Translations under genes and position numbers: made by a program
NCBI GenBank assembly: GCA_035627155.1
Contig: DASPMF010000066.1
Location: 3,991-67,990, forward strand
Source of the DNA: Burkholderiales bacterium
GTDB lineage: Bacteria; Pseudomonadota; Gammaproteobacteria; Burkholderiales; SG8-39
Direction of reading: 5' to 3'
Length of the DNA stretch: 64,000 bases
Notes under the pieces: generated by a model
The model's input: only the letters and a program-made list of their open reading frames with translations
Databases searched by the model: none
Told to the model about the DNA's origin: nothing
Shown here: piece by piece, positions 61,051 to 64,000 of the stretch
How positions within the stretch are numbered: position 1 is the first letter of the stretch
How the letters are laid out: each line of letters begins with the position of its first letter

Positions 61051-63119
61051 AGACTCTGATCATCGTGGGCGGCACGGTTGCGGCGGTGGGGCTGTTCCTG
61101 CTTGCCACTGCGAGCGCGGACACCACGCTGCTCACCATCGACCTCCCGGTCCTCCTAGCCCTGAACGCCGCCCTTGCCACGCTGCTGGCCGTCCTCGTGG
61201 GCTACCAGCTCGTCAGCGTGGCGCGGCGTTATCGCGCGCGCGTATTCGGAGCGCGCCTCACATTGCGACTCCTAGGACGCTTTGCCCTGCTCGCGGTGCT
61301 TCCCGGTTTGCTCGTCTATGCGATATCCGTTCACTTTCTCACACGCTCGATCGAGTCGTGGTTCGACGTCAAGGTCGACGCGGCGCTTGAGGGCGGCATC
61401 AACCTGGGACAGCAGGCGATCGATCAGATGCTCGTCGACCTCCAGGCGAAGGCGCGGGCCATTTCGGCGGACATCGCCGAGCGCCCCAACGTCCAGGTCG
61501 TCACGGCCCTGGAACGCCTGCGGGCGCAGGCCGGCGTCGAGGAAGCGGTGATCGTCACGGCAAACGGCCGGCTTGTCGCCGCGGCGACCGAGGACGTCAG
61601 CAAGTTCGTTCCCGACTTGCCGGGCCTGCAAACGCTTCGCCAGGCGCGTGCAACGCGCGGCTTTACCGGGATCGACGCGGCTCCTGGACGCGCCTTGTCC
61701 GTCCGCGTGGTGGTGCCCGTCGACCTACGCGGACTGGCCGATGAAGGACGGTTCCTCCAGCTCCGGCAAAGCGTTCCTCCTGGCTTTGCCAAGAGCGCAG
61801 AGGCGGTCGAGGGCGCCTACCGCGACTACCGGGAGCTGGCGCTGTCTCGCGACGGCTTGAAGCGCATGTACATCATCACCCTGACCTTCGCCCTGCTCAT
61901 GGCGCTCTTCGTCGCAGTGGCGGTGGCAGTGACGCAGTCCAACCTGCTGGCCGAGCCGCTTTCCAACCTCGCCCAGGCAACGCAAGCCGTGGCACGGGGT
62001 GACTTTTCGCGCCAGGCCCCGGTCACGAGCCGCGACGAGCTCGGCGTGCTGACCGAATCCTTCAACTCCATGACCCGCCAGCTCGGCGAGGCCCGCCGCG
62101 GCATGGAATCGAGCCGCCATGCGGTGGAAGAGGCGAAGGTGCGCCTCGAGAACATCCTCGGCAACCTTTCGGCCGGCGTGCTGGTCTTCGACCACGAGCT
62201 GAATCTGTCCATCTTCAACCAAGGCGCGCAGACGATCCTCGGCGACGGCCTGGAGGCATTTGCCGCAAGGATGAGGGAGCAGTTCGCCGACCAGGGCGCC
62301 CGGACGTGGCAGCTCGAGATGACCCTCAAGGGCACCGGCAAGACGGTCCACGCGCGCGCGGCCGCGCTGCCGATGGAGAGCGGCGGCGGCTACGTGCTCG
62401 TGTTCGACGACATCACCCAGCTCGTTCAAGCGCAGCGCGCCATGGCATGGAGCGAAGTCGCGCGCCGCCTCGCGCACGAAATCAAGAATCCGCTCACTCC
62501 CATCCAGCTATCCGCCGAGCGCCTGGAGATGAAGCTCGCAGAACGCCTTCCGCCGGAGGACGCAACGACCCTGCGCCGCGCCACTGAAACGATCGTGAAC
62601 CAGGTTGCGGCGCTCAAGTCGATGGTCGATGCCTTTACCACGTACGCGAGGCTCCCGGCCCCCGCGCCCGCGCGGCTGGACCTGAACCGGCTGGTGACCG
62701 AAGTGCTCTCGCTCTATGAGACCTCGCATGTTCCGATTACTAGGCGCCTCGCCTCCGGATTGCCGCCGGTGTGGGCGGATGCGGCCCAGATACGCCAGGT
62801 GATCCATAACCTGGTACAGAATTCCCAGGATGCGCTCGAACACTCCAGGGCTGCCGCGGGATCGGCAGCGATCGAGGTGAGCACGGAGCTGGCTGGCGAG
62901 CGCGTGCGATTAGCGGTCGCCGACGAGGGCGGCGGCTTTCCGGCGGAACTGATGGCGCGCATTTTCGAGCCCTACGTGACCACTAAGGCGCGCGGAACAG
63001 GGCTCGGGCTGGCGATCGTGAAGAAGATCATCGACGAGCACAACGGCGCCATTTCCATCGAGAACCACCAAGGCGGAGCGATCGTGAGCATCCTGCTTCC
63101 GGCGGCACGGGCGGCCTGA
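61047..63119 (+). CDS. ntrY: NtrY-like sensor histidine kinase (TM-HAMP-PAS-HisKA-HATPase)
   Basis: GTG at 61047 overlaps the DUF4390 stop (GTGA). HAMP region (DELGVLTESFNSMTRQL), H-box HEIKNPLTPIQLSAERL, N-box HNLVQNSQDAL, G-boxes DEGGGF and GTGLGLAIVKKII. Confidence 0.8.
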   Translation: MKTLIIVGGTVAAVGLFLLATASADTTLLTIDLPVLLALNAALATLLAVLVGYQLVSVARRYRARVFGARLTLRLLGRFALLAVLPGLLVYAISVHFLTRSIESWFDVKVDAALEGGINLGQQAIDQMLVDLQAKARAISADIAERPNVQVVTALERLRAQAGVEEAVIVTANGRLVAAATEDVSKFVPDLPGLQTLRQARATRGFTGIDAAPGRALSVRVVVPVDLRGLADEGRFLQLRQSVPPGFAKSAEAVEGAYRDYRELALSRDGLKRMYIITLTFALLMALFVAVAVAVTQSNLLAEPLSNLAQATQAVARGDFSRQAPVTSRDELGVLTESFNSMTRQLGEARRGMESSRHAVEEAKVRLENILGNLSAGVLVFDHELNLSIFNQGAQTILGDGLEAFAARMREQFADQGARTWQLEMTLKGTGKTVHARAAALPMESGGGYVLVFDDITQLVQAQRAMAWSEVARRLAHEIKNPLTPIQLSAERLEMKLAERLPPEDATTLRRATETIVNQVAALKSMVDAFTTYARLPAPAPARLDLNRLVTEVLSLYETSHVPITRRLASGLPPVWADAAQIRQVIHNLVQNSQDALEHSRAAAGSAAIEVSTELAGERVRLAVADEGGGFPAELMARIFEPYVTTKARGTGLGLAIVKKIIDEHNGAISIENHQGGAIVSILLPAARAA

Positions 63120-63121
63120 GC

Positions 63122-64000
63122 ATGGCCCAGATACTGGTTGTGGACGACGAAGTGGGAATTCGCGAGCTGCTGTCGGAGATCCTCGCCGACGAGGGACACC
63201 AGGTGAGCCTTGCGCAGAGCGCGGGGGAAGCACGCCGCCATCGCGAACGGCAGCGCCCGGACCTCGTCCTGCTCGACATCTGGATGCCGGATACGGACGG
63301 GATTTCACTCCTGAAGGAGTGGTCGGCCAATGGGCAGCTGACCATGCCCGTCGTGATGATGTCCGGGCACGGGACCATCGAGACGGCCGTTGAGGCGACG
63401 CGCATCGGAGCCCTCGACTTCCTCGAGAAGCCGATTGCGCTGCAACGGCTCCTTGCCACGGTGAAGCGGGCGCTGCGCAACGCCGAGACGCAAGCCGGTC
63501 CACGGCTGGGCCTTGTCGCCCTCGGACGCTCCAGCGCCCTGCAAGAGGCCAAGAAGCGCCTTTCCCAGCTGGCGCAATCGAGTGCACCGCTTCTCCTGCG
63601 CGGGGAGCGCGGCATGCGGCCGGAACTGTTCGCCCAGATGCTCGTCCCGCCCGGCGCGCCTTTTATCGACGGCGTCGAAGCGCTCGCCGATGCGCCGTCG
63701 GACACGCTCGCGCGAGCGGGCGGCGGGATCCTCTTTGTGGCCGATCTGGCCCGGCTGGCACGCCCCGAGCAAAGGCAGCTCGAGTTCCTGCTCGCGCGCG
63801 CCGAGAAGCACAAGGTCCGGTTCGTCTCCTTCTGCAGCACGGACGTGCGGACGCTGGTCGACCGCCACGAGTTCGACGCGGATCTTGCGGGCCGTCTTTC
63901 CGAACTCACGCTCCGCATCCCCGCCCTCAGGGATCTCGCAGAAGACGTGCCTGACGTCGCGTCGCTCATGCTTGCGCAGCTCGTCGAGGCTCGCGCATGT
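63122..64000 (+). CDS. ntrX: NtrX-like response regulator (receiver + degenerate AAA+ central domain), 3' end beyond window
   Basis: Hand translation from ATG 63122 is open to the window end (293 codons). Receiver ILVVDDE...LVLLDIWMPDTDG...KP. The central domain aligns to NtrC-type activators, but Walker A reads GERGMRPE and Walker B reads ILFVAD. Confidence 0.8.
   Translation, partial: MAQILVVDDEVGIRELLSEILADEGHQVSLAQSAGEARRHRERQRPDLVLLDIWMPDTDGISLLKEWSANGQLTMPVVMMSGHGTIETAVEATRIGALDFLEKPIALQRLLATVKRALRNAETQAGPRLGLVALGRSSALQEAKKRLSQLAQSSAPLLLRGERGMRPELFAQMLVPPGAPFIDGVEALADAPSDTLARAGGGILFVADLARLARPEQRQLEFLLARAEKHKVRFVSFCSTDVRTLVDRHEFDADLAGRLSELTLRIPALRDLAEDVPDVASLMLAQLVEARAC

Overview
This is a high-GC (roughly two-thirds G+C by eye) proteobacterial chromosome segment. 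Gene order and families suggest a betaproteobacterium (inference): a Bug/TTT binding protein, DUF4390-NtrY-NtrX, dprA-smg-type IA topoisomerase and def-fmt-rsmB. Most of the window is the conserved replication-origin-proximal core. On the minus strand the transcription order is mnmG-rsmG-parA-parB-atpIBEFHAGDC (39.8 to 28.9 kb). An MFS gene and pckG follow, then rpmH-rnpA-yidD-yidC-mnmE on the minus strand (46.9 to 43.2 kb), diverging from dnaA-dnaN-gyrB on the plus strand. Next come LysM-dprA-smg-topB (minus) and def-fmt-rsmB-DUF4390-ntrY-ntrX (plus). The left third carries housekeeping and transport genes: engB, hemB, cutA-dsbD, livKHMGF, a cytochrome c, ilvD and lgt. It also holds one accessory-looking catabolic block at 15-26 kb. 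That block has a GntR regulator with a fused FAD/Fe-S 2-hydroxyacid dehydrogenase, divergent from a class-V aminotransferase, TRAP DctPQM, a crotonase, an orphan Bug binding protein and a MatB-like malonyl-CoA synthetase. I saw no rRNA, tRNA, CRISPR array, transposase, integrase or phage genes. The ORF track counts GTG/TTG as starts and lists many antisense or out-of-frame shadow ORFs typical of high-GC DNA. I fixed starts using recognisable N-termini and the frequent 1-4 nt start/stop overlaps (ATGA/GTGA/TTGA/TAATG). rpmH (46 aa) is absent from the track and was found by hand translation. I did not find a convincing, wholly novel multi-gene system. The best leads are: a tandem pair of perfect-type parS sites upstream of mnmG; DnaA-box/AT-rich candidate origin elements; a frameshifted, truncated glpD remnant; two essential genes (rnpA, fmt) without a canonical start codon at their conserved N-terminus; an NtrX-like regulator with a degenerate AAA+ core; a MatB locus lacking MatA but carrying a transporter-coupled crotonase; and an EF-hand/BON fusion protein. 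All functional calls come from motif and family recognition by eye; no database search was run.
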